A stretch of DNA of 64,000 nt from Macrostomum lignano (taxonomy: Eukaryota). Numbering within the stretch: the stretch's first letter is position 1; each line of letters starts with the position of its first letter. The position numbers and the translations under genes are program-made. The notes below the pieces were generated by a model that saw nothing but the letters and a program-made list of their open reading frames with translations, made no database searches and was not told where the DNA came from. The stretch is taken from the NCBI GenBank assembly GCA_002269645.1, contig NIVC01000041.1:124001-188000 (forward strand), in the 5' to 3' direction. This document shows, one piece after another, positions 42,510 to 58,895 of this stretch.

Positions 42510-43295
42510 ATGTTTTTAGTTCTCTACCCCTATCTTGTCATTGATTAGCTGTATATAGAGCTGTTGTCTCTCTATCCCTATCTTGTCGCTGATTGGCTGT
42601 AGATATATAACGTTGTCTCTCTGTCTCTATCTTGTCGCTAATTGGCTGTAGATATCAGTTGTCTCTCTGTCCCTATCTTTTCGCTGATTGACTATAGATA
42701 GAGCTGTTGTCTCTCTGTCTCTATCTTGTCGCTGATTGGCTATAGATAGAGTTGTTGTCTCTCTGTCCCTATCTTATCGCTGATTGGCTGTAGATATATC
42801 AGTTGTCTGTCTCTATCTTGTCGCTAATTGGCTGTAGATATCAGTTGTCTCTCTGTCCCTATCTTTTCGCTGATTGACTATAGATAGAGCTGTTGTCTCT
42901 CTGTCTCTATCTTGTCGCTGATTGGCTGTAGATAGAGTTGTTGTCTCTCTGTCCCTATCTTATCGCTGATTGGCTGTAGATATATCAGTTGTCTGTCCCT
43001 TTCTTATCGCTGATTGGCTGTAGATATCAGTTGTCTCTCTGTCCCTATCTTTTCGCTGATTGACTTTAGATAGAGCTGTTGTGTCTCTGTCTCTATCTTG
43101 TCGCTGATTGGCTGTAGATAGAGCTGTTGTCTCTCTGTCCTGATTGTCGCTGATTGGCTAGATAGCTCGTACGAGATAGAGCTGTTTTATCTTGTATCTC
43201 GTAGATTTTTTGTGTCTCTGCCGTTATCTTGTCATTGATTGGCTTCGAGTATATCTGTTGTCGCATCTTAATCTCTATCTTGTCGCTGATTGGCT
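42510..43295. repeat. Degenerate ~40-bp minisatellite (tatcttgtcgctgattggctgtagata core)
   Basis: Variant tandem units visible. Confidence 0.88.
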
Positions 43296-43759
43296 GTCAA
43301 TAGATTTTTGTATTTGTTTTTGAGTAAACCCCGTTTCCATTTAATTCACTGGAAATATTCATTTTGCATCGTTGTCCATTTGTATCGATATTCAAAACTT
43401 GTTACTAGCGATAGATTTGATATATTTTTACCGAACAATTATCAAATGCGAGAACAAGCATTATGTACTCAAAGTACTCGACGTACTTGCACGTACTTGC
43501 AGAATGCAATAATTACGTCGTAAAACTAATATTGAGGCTTGCTCCCACAATACAGAGAATTTTTGTGCAATGGATTCAATTTTATATTGCGAGCGTAGAA
43601 AAGATTTAGAACCTGTCATGGACATCGAAACTCACCAATAAATTTTGGCTGTCCATGGAACAAGTGATGATACAGAAGTCTTTTGTGATAAGAATCCTGA
43701 ATTTACTGATTTCACAATTTCTTAAATATGGAGAATGAGAATGAAAATCGATAAGAATG

Positions 43760-45423
<1,664 letters not shown>

Positions 45424-46093
45424 CCAAATGATGTATATGCTGGAAAGTATAGGCCTTTTAAAGTCCATTCACCGTGAGTCACCTAATAGTCCGGTAGATA
45501 GCCCACAAAATCGAAGTTCGCGGAAGACCAGACGGGAAGCTGCTTCCACTTCATAGACAGAAAAATGCTTCCCAGGAAGTGAGGTTGGCTTGTTTATTCC
45601 CGTTTATGAATTTCGTAACAATTTGGCTCTGGGGACAGGGCTGTCCGCCTGCAGTTCCTCTTTTCTGTACCAGTGCATCAAAACTCAACATCGGATTGGC
45701 AGATCCTCAGACTCTCGCTTCCTTTAATCACTGGGTCTTAAATAATTTCGCGAATGATGCTCAAAGACAGTGGAGTTGATCTGCAGCTGTCATTAAGATT
45801 TGAATTGATTTTTATTCTACTGGTGAACTCAGTAGCTGAGACACTGGCTGCGATGATTTTTTCTGAATTATTCACTTGTAATCCCCTGTATTATAGACCA
45901 GATTTATTACTTTCTGTAGATAATGACTGAAATAAAAGTCTGCTCTGTTCTTTAAGGGATTGGCGAGGCAGTTCTCTTGTCTTTTCACTCTGCTGCTCTA
46001 ATTGATTGACTTTGCCCTGGCAGTCTCCTTGCAAACCAGCTTGGGCAGGATTACAGATATTGAGCTCAGGGCCTAATCAACAGATTTGATGCT

Positions 46094-46325
<232 letters not shown>

Positions 46326-47084
46326 TAAGACACTAAGACACTAATACACCAAGACGCTAGGACACTAAAACAGATAGACACGCAGACACAGACGAATGGA
46401 CACAGATAGAGGACGTTTGAATATCAGTTGCATGTTTTCAAAGGCTTATGAGTTTCTATTTCGGCAGATAAATTTTAAGCGTGACATACGAAGCAGCTAC
46501 TTTAAGTAGAAATTAGGAAATATATGAAGTTTCCGACTATCATGTCATAATTGTGTTAATCTGTTGTCTAGAGGGGAGTTTTGACGGCAGAATCGCTTAT
46601 TTATTATCAAGTTTTTTATATCTTAGTTTCTGAACTGGCAGACAAATGTTAAACATTGAGAATTCACTGTCGGAGTAGAATAATGCTAGGATCTGCAAGT
46701 TCCAAAATTATCGATTTCTCTGGCGGTAATTTGACACTCCTCCCGCTCACAGAGCGACAGCTCAACCGAATCGAGGACCTGCCCTAGAAACCAGGGCCCA
46801 TAAACCACTGCGCGGTTTTATTACCCCCCCTGGTGGCAACAGACGACAGTTATAGGGATATGGATATGTAATCGTCCCTCCGCCTACTAAGTGGGGAATT
46901 GAATTTCGCTTCAATTATTTAAGTCAACAGTGCATCAAGTTAGGCCTGCAGTGCAATTTTCAACATGACCGCCGGGCATTGTTGCAGAGCCCGGCTACTA
47001 GCTATTTATTTTTTGTTAAAACCATCTTATTAAACGTTATTTCAATGGCTTGCTCCTATACTTATTAAAGTAATTGAGATAGCT

Positions 47085-47700
47085 GCAATAGAGATGAAAG
47101 TAAAGAGATAAAATTGATGAGAGAGATGAGGGAGATAAGAGAGATGAGAGAGATGAGAGAGATGAGAGAAATCAGAGATAGAAAAAAAATATGAGAGAGG
47201 TGAGAGAGATGAGAGAGAGACTAGAGAGATTAGAGAGTTGAGAGAGCTGAGAGAGATAAGAGAGATGAGAGAGCTGAGAGAGATGAGAGAGATAAGAGGT
47301 AGATAAGAGAGATAAGAGAGATGAGAGAGATGAGAGAGATGAGAGAGATGAGAGAGATGAGAGAGATAAGAGGTAGATAAGAGAGATAAGAGAGATGAGA
47401 GAGATGAGAGAGATGAGAGAGATGAGAGAGATGAGAGAGATAAGAGGTAGATAAGAGAGATAAGAGAGATGAGAGAGATGAGAGAGATGAGAGAGATGAG
47501 AGAGATGAGGGAAATCAGAGATAGAAAAAAAATATGAGAGAGGTGAGAGAGATGAGAGAGAGACTAGAGAGATCAGAGAGTTGAGAGAGCTGAGAGAGAT
47601 AAGAGAGATGAGAGAGCTGAGAGAGATGAGAAAGATGAGAGAGATAAGAATGAGATAGAAGAGAGAGAGGTTAGAGGCAGTTAGAGGACAGAGGCAGGGA
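47085..47700. repeat. GA-rich 9-mer-based repeat (gagagagat)
   Basis: Directly visible. Confidence 0.9.
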
Positions 47701-48162
47701 GAAGATGATCCCACATTCAAAAGGCGGATGCTGTCTGTGCTCAGGCGGGCAAATGGGAGCTCTCAATGAGAGCATTGCAACGCAATCTCTCCAGCTCAGC
47801 ATCCCAGGTGGGAGCCGAAAGCATGCTGGCAAATGCGGTGACATTTAGCGGGATTTTTATCCCCAAGCTCAGCATCTCTCTCTGCGGGCCTGAGAAGGCC
47901 ACCCCTTTCAATGGTTGAATTGCTGCGAGTCGCTTTGCCATCTTTCTTTGCGGGAAGCGGAGCCATTACTGGAATTATTGCTTGGGATTTTCATGCAGGT
48001 AGGAAAAGTATAGTAGCAGAGCTCCATTAGTGTGCAATTAATCCTCGTGTTTGGAGTAGTCTATTTTTCCTCTACTGAAACCAGAAAAGAAATCCCGAGA
48101 TGGAGGCTTGAAATTTTTATTTTGTGCTTTTTGAGCTAAGAATTCAGAGTCAGTTTTATTAT

Positions 48163-50962
48163 CAGGGAATCGCGAATGGAGAATTAGGAAAACAACAGGG
48201 AATCGGGAAGAGAGAATCAGGAAAACAACAGGGAATCGGGAAGGGAGAATTCGGAAAACAACAGGAAATCGGGAATGGAGAATAAGGAAAACAACAGGAA
48301 ATCGGGAATGGAGAATTCGGAAAACAACAGGAAATCGGGAATGGAGAATAAGGAAAACAACAGGGAATCGGGAATGGAGAATTCGGAAAACACAACAGGA
48401 AATCGGGAATGGAGAATAAGGAAAACAACAGGGAATCGGGAATGGAGAATAAGGAAAACAACAGGAAATCGGGAATGGAGAATTCGGAAAACAACAGGAA
48501 ATCGGGAATGGAGAATAAGGAAAACAACAGGAAATCGGGAATGGAGAATTCGGAAAACAACAGGAAATCGGGAATGGAGAATAAGGAAAACAACAGGGAA
48601 TCGGGAATGGAGAATTCGGAAAACAACAGGAAATCGGGAATGGAGAATTAGGAAAACAACAGGGAATCGGGAATGGAGAATAAGGAAAACAACAGGGAAT
48701 CGGGAATGGAGAATAAGGAAAACAACAGGGAATCGGGAATGGAGAATTAGGAAAACAACAGGGAATCGGGAAGAGAGAATAAGGAAAACAACAGGGAATC
48801 GGGAAGAGAGAATAAGGAAAACAACAGGGAATCGGGAAGAGAGAATAAGGAAAACAACAGGGAATCGGGAAGAGAGTATAAGGAAAACAACAGGGAATCG
48901 GGAATGGAGAATAAGGAAAACAACAGGGAATCGGGAAGAGAGAATAAGGAAAACAACAGGGAATCGGGAAGAGAGTATAAGGAAAACAACAGGGAATCGG
49001 GAAGAGAGTATAAGGAAAACAACAGGGAATCGGGAATGGAGAATTAGGAAAACAACAGGGAATCGGGAATGGAGAATTAGGAAAACAACAGGGAATCGGG
49101 AAGAGAGTATAAGGAAAACAACAGGGAATCGGGAAGAGAGAATAAGGAAAACAACAGGGAATCGGGAATGGAGAATAAGGAAAACAACAGGGAATCGGGA
49201 AGAGAGTATAAGGAAAACAACAGGGAATCGGGAAGAGAGAATAAGGAAAACAACAGGGAATCGGGAAGAGAGTATAAGGAAAACAACAGGGAATCGGGAA
49301 GAGAGTATAAGGAAAACAACAGGGAATCGGGAAGAGAGTATAAGGAAAACAACAGGGAATCGGGAAGAGAGTATAAGGAAAACAACAGGGAATCGGGAAT
49401 GGAGAATTAGGAAAACAACAGGGAATCGGGAATGGAGAATTAGGAAAACAACAGGGAATCGGGAAGAGAGTATAAGGAAAACAACAGGGAATCGGGAAGA
49501 GAGAATAAGGAAAACAACAGGGAATCGGGAATGGAGAATAAGGAAAACAACAGGGAATCGGGAAGAGAGTATAAGGAAAACAACAGGGAATCGGGAAGAG
49601 AGAATAAGCAAAACAACAGGGAATCGGGAAGAGAGTATAAGGAAAACAACAGGGAATCGGGAAGAGAGTATAAGGAAAACAACAGGGAATCGGGAAGAGA
49701 GTATAAGGAAAACAACAGGGAATCGGGAAGAGAGAATAAGGAAAACAACAGGGAATCGGGAAGAGAGAATAAGGAAAACAACAGGGAATCGGGAAGAGAG
49801 TATAAGGAAAACAACAGGGAATCGGGAAGAGAGTATAAGGAAAACAACAGGGAATCGGGAAGAGAGTATAAGGAAAACAACAGGGAATCGGGAAGAGAGT
49901 ATAAGGAAAACAACAGGGAATCGGGAAGAGAGTATAAGGAAAACAACAGGGAATCGGGAAGAGAGAATAAGGAAAACAACAGGGAATCGGGAAGAGAGTA
50001 TAAGGAAAACAACAGGGAATCGGGAAGAGAGTATAAGGAAAACAACAGGGAATCGGGAAGAGAGTATAAGGAAAACAACAGGGAATCGGGAAGAGAGAAT
50101 AAGGAAAACAACAGGGAATCGGGAAGAGAGTATAAGGAAAACAACAGGGAATCGGGAAGAGAGTATAAGGAAAACAACAGGGAATCGGGAAGAGAGAATA
50201 AGGAAAACAACAGGGAATCGGGAAGAGAGAATAAGGAAAACAACAGGGAATCGGGAAGAGAGTATAAGGAAAACAACAGGGAATCGGGAAGAGAGTATAA
50301 GGAAAACAACAGGGAATCGGGAAGAGAGAATAAGGAAAACAACAGGGAATCGGGAAGAGAGTATAAGGAAAACAACAGGGAATCGGGAAGAGAGTATAAG
50401 GAAAACAACAGGGAATCGGGAAGAGAGTATAAGGAAAACAACAGGGAATCGGGAAGAGAGAATAAGGAAAACAACAGGGAATCGGGAAGAGAGAATAAGG
50501 AAAACAACAGGGAATCGGGAAGAGAGTATAAGGAAAACAACAGGGAATTGGGAAGACAGAGTTAGGAAAACAACAGGGAATCGGGAAGAGAGAATAAGGA
50601 AAACAACAGGGAATCGGGAAGAGAGTATAAGGAAAACAACAGGGAATCGGGAAGAGAGAATAAGGAAAACAACAGGGAATCGGGAAGAGAGTATAAGGAA
50701 AACAACAGGGAATCGGGAAGAGAGAATAAGGAAAACAACAGGGAATCGGGAAGAGAGAATAAGGAAAACAACAGGGAATCGGGAATGGAGAATACGGAAA
50801 ACAACAGGGAATCGGGAAGAGAGTATAAGGAAAACAACAGGGAATCGGGAAGAGAGTATAAGGAAAACAACAGGGAATCGGGAAGAGAGTATAAGGAAAA
50901 CAACAGGGAATCGGGAAGAGAGTATAAGGAAAACAACAGGGAATCGGGAAGAGAGAATAGGG
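48163..50962. repeat. 33-bp minisatellite (ggaaaacaacagggaatcgggaagagagtataa), ~2.8 kb
   Basis: Tandem units with variant classes (aatggagaat / aagagagaat / aagagagtat). Confidence 0.98.
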
Positions 50963-51519
50963 AAGGTTAAGGGAGTTTGGACAAATAAAGCAGATAAAGT
51001 GATGGATCTGTGTACTGACATTGGCCTCCTGCCCTCAGCAACTCAATTGACTAATTTCAATTCATGCTTGCCAGAGTCAGCAAGAGTCAGTAGGGTTGGT
51101 AACGCATAGTAGCGTTATTAAAAAGCCATATGATGAATATTTCTGACTCAGGCTGCACGCCTGCTCCCGCACTTGCGAAATTTATCAGATCCCGGGGACT
51201 CAGCATCAGTACCATCACCTTCATCGGGCTCCGCTCCCCAGTCTCTCCTGTCCTCATCACTGCCGATCGGGGAAATGCGGGCCTTAATCCCTTTAAAATT
51301 GCTGCTGCCTTAAGCAGCCTCTATTTTTTTACCATCAATGGCCCTGGGATCCTCCTGAACTCTCTGACTCATTTTGATTCTGTGCGTTTCTTCGGTTTCC
51401 AAAGAAATTCGTTATTTTTATTGGCAACAGAAAAGCAAAATTTGTTGTCTTGCTTAGTTTTTATTGATGGCGGTTAACAATTATTGAGGATTGGGAACTG
51501 GAATTAGGCTATTTAGTAT

Positions 51520-52130
51520 TAGATCCCCACTCCTTAGATCCCCACTCCTTAGATCCCCACTCCTTAGATCCCCACTCCTTAGATCCCCACTCCTTAGATC
51601 CCCACTCCTTAGATCCCCACTCCTTAGATCCCCACTCCTTAGATCCCCACTCCTTAGATCCCCACTCCTTAGATCCCCACTCCTTAGATCCCCACTCCTT
51701 AGATCCTCACTCCTTAGATCCCCTCTCCTTAGATACCCTCTCCTTAGATCCCCTCTCCTTAGATACCCTCTCCTTAGATACCCTCTCCTTAGATCCCCAC
51801 TCCTTAGATCCCCACTCCTTAGATCTCCACTCATTAGATCCCCACTCCTTAGATCCTCACTCCTTAGATCCCCTCTCCTTAGATACCCTCTCCTTAGATC
51901 CCCTCTCCTTAGATACCCTCTCCTTAGATCCCCACTCCTTAGATCCCCACTCCTTAGATCCCCACTCCTTAGATCCTCACTCCTTAGATCCCCTCTCCTT
52001 AGATACCCTCTCCTTAGATCCCCTCTCCTTAGATACCCTCTCCTTAGATACCCTCTCCTTAGATCCCCTCTCCTTAGATACCCTCTCCTTAGATCCCCTT
52101 TCCTTAGATCCCTCTCTATAGGTCCCCTCC
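51520..52130. repeat. 15-bp minisatellite (tccttagatccccac)
   Basis: Tandem units visible. Confidence 0.95.
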
Positions 52131-53357
52131 CTCTTAGATCCCCTCTCTTTAAATCCTTTCTCCATTGGATCCCTTATAGGTGATCCCCGAACAGACTTAA
52201 CTGGAGTGGCCAAGAATCTTTGGCATGCGAGAGACACGAAAAACGGCTTCATACTCTCTATGGAATGAAGCTGAAGGCTCGGGCATCGCCTTGGCCAAAT
52301 CCACTGCCTCACTCCCAAGCACGGAAGCGAAGCTTCCAGGTGGGCGCGAGACACGTGAAGAAAAGGATGGGAATAAGCGAAGCGCCTTCCCCAAACCCTC
52401 CACCATCCATTTACCTCGCCCCCCCCCCAGGGTTTCTAACGTAATTCCAAACTTTTTGGAGCCTCGCGGAGCCCCCACATCCCGGCCGGCCCTTAAGTTT
52501 TCGTCCTATCCCACGTGTGTATGGGGAATTAAAGAGCTTTGGAGTTGATGATGAAGATGCGGAAGAATCTCGGGGACTCCCCCCTCCCAGCTTCCGGGAA
52601 TGGAGAGAGAGGGAGCTCCTCAGCTTAACTTAGCTGCATCCGACTCTTACAGCTCAAAACCCACAGCAAGTTGATGGGCTCTAGCTATTTTCTAATATGA
52701 ATACATAGTAGTAATAGAATTCATATAGAAGCACACTCGGTTTATAAAAAGGCAGATTTAAATATTGCTGTGTAACAGACTACCAGAGCCTGCAATTTTT
52801 AGTCAGCAAGGAGAGAGGCGAGCGAGAAACAATTTCTGACAACCGCGAAAGCAGAGAGACAGAGGTCAGAGAGAGAGAGAGATGATGCTCAAGGGAAGCT
52901 GCAAGAAGTCTAACCCACCCCCAGCCACCAGCACCACTAGTCTTTTGTGTCTGTCTAGATGAGCGGAACGACAGGGGTGCAGGGGGTTGAGGGGCTGAGC
53001 GGCGGGCAGCCATGCGGAAACTGCTGGGATGGGGTGGTGGGTGAGGCAGAATTGCGGGGGGGGGCTAACATAGGTGCTGCTATAGCCATTTATCTGGCTA
53101 CAGAGCGCTCTACTGCTGCTGCTCAGTCACCAGCAGGCACAGTCAGCCTCGTATATAACAAATAATAGACCAACTTGACTCAAACTTAGTTGAGCTGCTA
53201 GCATTTCTTAACTTTGTATTTTTTATTCGACAAGACAGAAGGACGGCGGGGTGCATACCGAGGGGCGGAGAGTGCACCTGTTGAGAGTCTGCTCAAATAA
53301 AACACTCTTTTTTTCTCTTTGCCGCCAAAGCGCTCCGAACAGTTCTATTTTTTTCTT

Positions 53358-53398
<41 letters not shown>

Positions 53399-53559
53399 AC
53401 AAAAAAGATGAAGAGAAAAGAATAGAAAATTTAGTTGAGACAAAAAACCTGCTTGCCTTTTTCTTTCTGCGCGAGAGGGCAGTTCGATATGAAATAAGAT
53501 GTAAATGCCCTTTGTGACACTGTGTCATACACATAAGTGAAAGAGACTTCTGGTCACTC

Positions 53560-54435
53560 CCAGCCGACCTTGTCACTCCCGACCGGCCTTGTCACTCCCG
53601 ACCGACCTTGCCACTGCCTAACTTTGTCACTCCTAGGGCTGCCCTGTCACTCTCAGTCTCATTCACTCCTAACTGTTCTGTCACTCTCAGTCTCAGTCAC
53701 TCCTTACTGTTCTATCACTCTGTCTCAGTCACTCCTAGCTGTTCTGTCACTCTCAGTCTCAGTCACTCCTTACTGTTCTATCACTCTGTCTCAGTCACTC
53801 CTAACTGTTCTGTCACTCTCAGTCTCTGTCACTCCTAACTGTTCTGTCACTCTCAGTCTCATTCACTCCTAACTGTTCTGTCACTCTCAGTCTCTGTCAC
53901 TCCTAACTGTTCTGTCACTCTCAGTCTCTGTCACTCCTTACTGTTATGTCACTCTTAGTCTCAGTCACTCCTTACTGTTGTCACTCTCAGTCTCAGTCAC
54001 TCCTTACTGTTATGTCACTCTTAGTCTCAGTCACTCCTTACTGTTATGTCACTCTTAGTCTCAGTCACTCCTTACTGTTGTCACTCTTAGTCTCAGTCAC
54101 TCCTTACTGTTGTCACTCTCAGTCTCAGTCACTCCTTACTGTTATGTCACTCTTAGTCTCAGTCACTCCTTACTGTTGTCACTCTCAGTCTCAGTCACTC
54201 CTTACTGTTATGTCACTCTTAGTCTCAGTCACTCCTTACTGTTATGTCACTCTTAGTCTCAGTCACTCCTTACTGTTGTCACTCTTAGTCTCAGTCACTC
54301 CTTACTGTTGTCACTCTCAGTCTCAGTCACTCCTTACTGTTATGTCACTCTTAGTCTCAGTCACTCCTTACTGTTATGTCACTCTTAGTCTCAGTCACTC
54401 CTTACTGTTGTCACTCTCAGTCTCAGTCACTCCTG
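53560..54435. repeat. Compound gtcactc-based minisatellite
   Basis: Repeating cagtcactccttactgtt(at)gtcactct units. Confidence 0.92.
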
Positions 54436-56354
54436 ACTTCCTACTGCCGTACCGCTCTTTAATCCTCTGGTCAATGCAGCTTGCCAATTCAGAAACTCCT
54501 CTTCCCATTCCAGTGTATGCCGGAGTCAAAGTAAAATAAATGCAGAACCTGTTTCACCCCGCATCCGCAGCCTTTTCTCCCAAGTTGTTATGCAAATTCA
54601 ATCACATCTATCAGGCCTATGAGATCTTCAAAATGAGGTCTGTAATATGGGCGGCTGTTCTCTCAGTCACTGCGGCCAGTTTGACTTGGAAGGGCTGATG
54701 TCGCTTATAAAACCGACTCTTCTTATTCAGATCCCGGTGGTCCTTCATCTGATGCTGAGTCTCTCTCTCAGTTGGCTTGGGGGTGGCGATAACGTGCTGC
54801 TTCTGAATCTGCAAGTTTTATCCTAATCCGGTCTGTACTGTCTCCGCGCATTTCTCCTCATCAGGCCCCTCAGCCTGGGTGTCTCAATATCCGGGATTTA
54901 ATTAAAAAGCATAGCGCGGTCATATTTTATGCCAATAGGCACGGTTTAGCCAGGGAACGTGAGATGTGGGGAGGGAAGTCTCTACAGAAGAATAAGATTC
55001 GATGACAATGAACAGTGCTTCATCTCCAGTGTTTTCTCCCAGACCACTTGAAGTTGCGAAGATCTCGAACAACAGGTGACTGCTCTGGCAAGGCGGGGGC
55101 CCTTGACAGTGCTCAGTGTTAGCATAGCCTTGGGGATCTAAAAAATCTATGGTTGAATAGCCGGCACAAGTGGCTCCCCGGGTGCCTAGACAACTCCCAG
55201 TGTAAATGCCATCTAATATATAAAAAATGAGCACAAGTGCTCAGTGCCTAGCCTAACCCTGGTAGCCGATCCGTGCCTAATAAATCATTCCAGCTAGTCG
55301 GATGACGTAATCACCAGACTTAACGTGCCGCGACCAAGCCAACCAACCAGCCGTAGTTTATTCATCCAGGAAGTATTTATGGCAATGGACTTTGACGCTT
55401 CATAGGTAATTATCGCATCCAGGATTCTTGCGCCATCCGCCAGAGCCTCCTCCCGAATTTCTCTGCAAAATCGCACCTGCCGCCAAAGAAAAATTTCTCG
55501 CTCAGCTCCAAGAAAATTAGCTGTGAGCAGCTGACGTGCTGAGGGGGGCCGTACCGGCAGCTGCGGCGCCGCATGCGCTAATCCGTAGGGCCGGGGGTTG
55601 TGCTGAGCCAGACGCAACGTGCCAAACTTCAGCAGTAGGTTGGACTAATTATTCTCAGATTATAACACCCACACCGCAAAGACCCAGGTGCGAGTATGGA
55701 CCAGTAAAAGTAAAAAGGACGCTACGCTGACGACAAATTTCACTTCTTACTTCGAAATGAATTTCTTCTAAAACTGATTCTAAATTTTTTATGATTTTTT
55801 GGCATTTTGCGCGCTCTCGTTGACATGGTCCCACAGCCAGTGCTGACGGCAGTTCTGCCCATTACGCTGACTCCTGAGCATTCGGAGTTTGCGTTCGGAA
55901 TGCTGCTTCGCCCCCCCCCCACCACCTTAGCTGGGACATCTGGTCCTCGGCTGGGAGCCGCCTGCCAAGAGGAAACGCTTGCAGCTCCCGGGAAAAATAA
56001 AATAAAAACTCAAAAAGAAGCTCAGAAAGCAGCGCCGACTTTTTCCTGCTCTCCAGAGTAGCAGAGCGGAGTGTTATTCTCCTAGGAGTCTTGTAAGCCG
56101 GATGCCAGAGAGCCGTAGCCCGGTAGTCTCTGTACTGCGCGGGTCTCCCGCTGATGAAAAAGACTGCGCAAGGCAAGGATGATAGATTAAGATCCAGGGG
56201 GGGGGAGAAGGGAGAGGCTGTGGATGCAAAAACCTGGCGCAGCGCTTGTCACAGGAAGCACTTGGAGCGGGCCCGTATCGGCCATCTCTCACTCTTGTGC
56301 TGCCGCGCTTCAAACAGGCCTGGCCTTGTCTGGGTTCCAGCATTGAGACTGTTT

Positions 56355-56948
56355 CTTCTCCCCTCTCCTCTTCTCACCTCTCTCCTGCTCTCCCCTCTCT
56401 CCTTCTCTCCCTCTCTCCTTCTCTACCCTCTCTCCTTCTCTACCCTCTCTCCTTCTCTCCCTCTCTCCTTCTCTCCCCTCTCTCCTCCTCTACCCTCTCT
56501 CCTCCTCTACCCTCTCTCCTCCTCTCCCCTCTCTCCTTCTCTACCCTCTCTCCTTCTCTACCCTCTCTCCTTATCTACCCTCTCTCCTTCTCTACCCTCT
56601 CTCCTTATCTACCCTCTCTCCTTGTCTCCCCTCTCTCCTTCTCTACCCTCTCTCCTTCTCTACCCTCTCTCCTTCTCTACCCTCTCTCCTTCTCTACCCT
56701 TTCTCCTTCTCTACCCTCTCTCCTTCTCTACCCTCTCTCCTTCTCTACCCTCTCTCCTTCTCTACCCTTTCTCCTTCTCTACCCTCTCTCCTTCTCTACC
56801 CTCTCTCCTTCTCTACCCTCTCTCCTTCTCTACCCTCTCTCCTTCTCTACCCTCTCTCCTTCTCTACCCTCTCTCCTTCTCTACCCTCTCTCCTTCTCTA
56901 CCCTCTCTCCTTCTCTACCCTCTCTCCTTCTCTACCCTCTCTCCCCTT
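56355..56948. repeat. 18-bp polypyrimidine minisatellite (ctctctccttctctaccc)
   Basis: Tandem units visible. Confidence 0.94.
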
Positions 56949-58833
56949 TTCTGTCACCTCATCCTTTTCTGTCTAATTTTGATTAGGACAATTTTTGAGC
57001 AACGACAATTCGAAAAGATCCCGTGAATCTATTTGTTAGCAGATAATTTTTCTCATCGAATTTCTACACGCATGCGGTATCCGGGGACTGGAGCAAGCAT
57101 CGGTAGGCAGAAATCCGATCCGACATTTCAACATTTTATCTGCTAGATTCGGAACAAAATCCCAAAGTGGATGGCGGTCGATTATTTCCCCATTCCCCTT
57201 GCACCTTAGTAGAAGGCAACCGCCACCAACAGGACCCTGCTTTTGAGCCCGTATATTAAAGAGCTTGCAATACCCGCATCGTTTTGCATGTGGGGTCCGC
57301 GCCGCCCCTTTTCCCGGCCTGAACAGCTAGAAATCAGCCCAGTCAGTCAGTCAGGGTGCGGCTGGCATAATGAGCGAAATGGAATTTACACACGGCCGCC
57401 CTTGAGCTTGATGATGGCGGATGATGTCGTAGATTGTTGGAAGATTCTGAGAGAGGCTTGAGCAGAGGACAGATATAGGTAAGACAGATATAGGACGACT
57501 GGACAATATTGAGCAGAGCTGCGCTTGTGTTGCCTTCTTCGTACCCTCATCATAATGAGACTAAGATGAGGTGACTCAGACTCAAAGTTCGAATATCGCT
57601 AGCTTAGTTGCATTGTCGGAACCTGCTGTGGCAGGCTTAGCATTCTCATACAGTCCCTTAGTTAGCATCTCAGGCCTGGCCTCTCTGTAGGCCGTGTGCT
57701 AAAGTTTGTTGTTCCTTTTTTGAAAAGTCTATTATAACACTTGCATAGCTAGCACTACAGAACTAGGGAAACCATGTGTTGCTTCTAGTTCTAGTCAAAA
57801 CACCTGACAAAAAGAAGCAAGACTGTTTGACGCGAAGGTTAAAACGCCCCCCGTCTTTTAGGGAGGGAAAAGACATTTTTTAAAGGAAAAAGTCAGTCGC
57901 CATCACTTTGGAGGCTTGGCTGGCTGGAGTAGAGAAGCTGGGACTCTACCCGTTTTTGCAGCTCTTCTGCGACTGAGTTCTTATTCCCAGATCCCTACTG
58001 CGGTGGGCAGCCTTTTACGCCCATCTGCGCGTAGTGGGCTGGACCTGGCTAAGTCTCTTGCCTCATAGAAAATGGGATTTGAAACTGGGAAAGCCTAGTT
58101 AAAGCCTGATGGCGACTGCAGATGCTTGGAAGCAACTCTTTTTCTGTCTCTCTCTCTCTCCCACTCTGCTAGCGGGCTGCAGTCCAATGCTGAGGTGGGG
58201 GCTGAGGAGAAAGCTGAGCAACAATGGGCCAGCGGACCAATGACAAGCTGGGAAGAGTCTCAATGCAGCAAAGAGAGAGAGAGAGAGAGCAAAATCTCAT
58301 CGTTAGTAGGCGGAGTGGGGTGGCTGCCGGGCCCGCAGCCCCTCAGTGGGCCAACCCCCACCCCCACCACCCCGGCCTCAGATATATTGCTATTAAGCAT
58401 ATAGTACCGGAGTCCATGACCCCACCAATCCATTGCAAAAGCCAAACCGGCAGGACAAAATTCAATACGGTAGCCCTTGACAGAAGCTCCTCTCTCTCTT
58501 ATTGGTCCTTTCTTTGGTTCCGCGCGGTGCAGAGAGACAGGCAGAAGAAAGACAGGCAAAAGATACAAAAGCAAAGCCTCCCCATTATTTGGCTGGTCGG
58601 CGGCAGACGCTTTGTGAACTACTTATTGTGTAGGACAATAATCCACCGAGATCCATTCACAGAGGCTTATTATACTGCTCCCCCATCTGTCTCTCTATTG
58701 TCAACGTAATAATTGAGTTATTGTTTAAGCCCACCCAATTCAGAATTGATTCGCGCCCCGGCTCAGCCAGAAGAATAAAGACATCGTCTAGGACAGAAGT
58801 AGGAGAAGAGAGGGCAGATAAAAATCTATAAAA

Positions 58834-58863
58834 ATGACGGCAGAGCTGCACATCCAGCAGCAG

Positions 58864-58895
<32 letters not shown>

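Noticed and set aside
54835-54870. Minus-strand CTGATGAGGAGAAATGCGC, similar to a minimal hammerhead core
   Set aside because: No stem III complement or cleavage triplet follows, and stem I pairing is absent.
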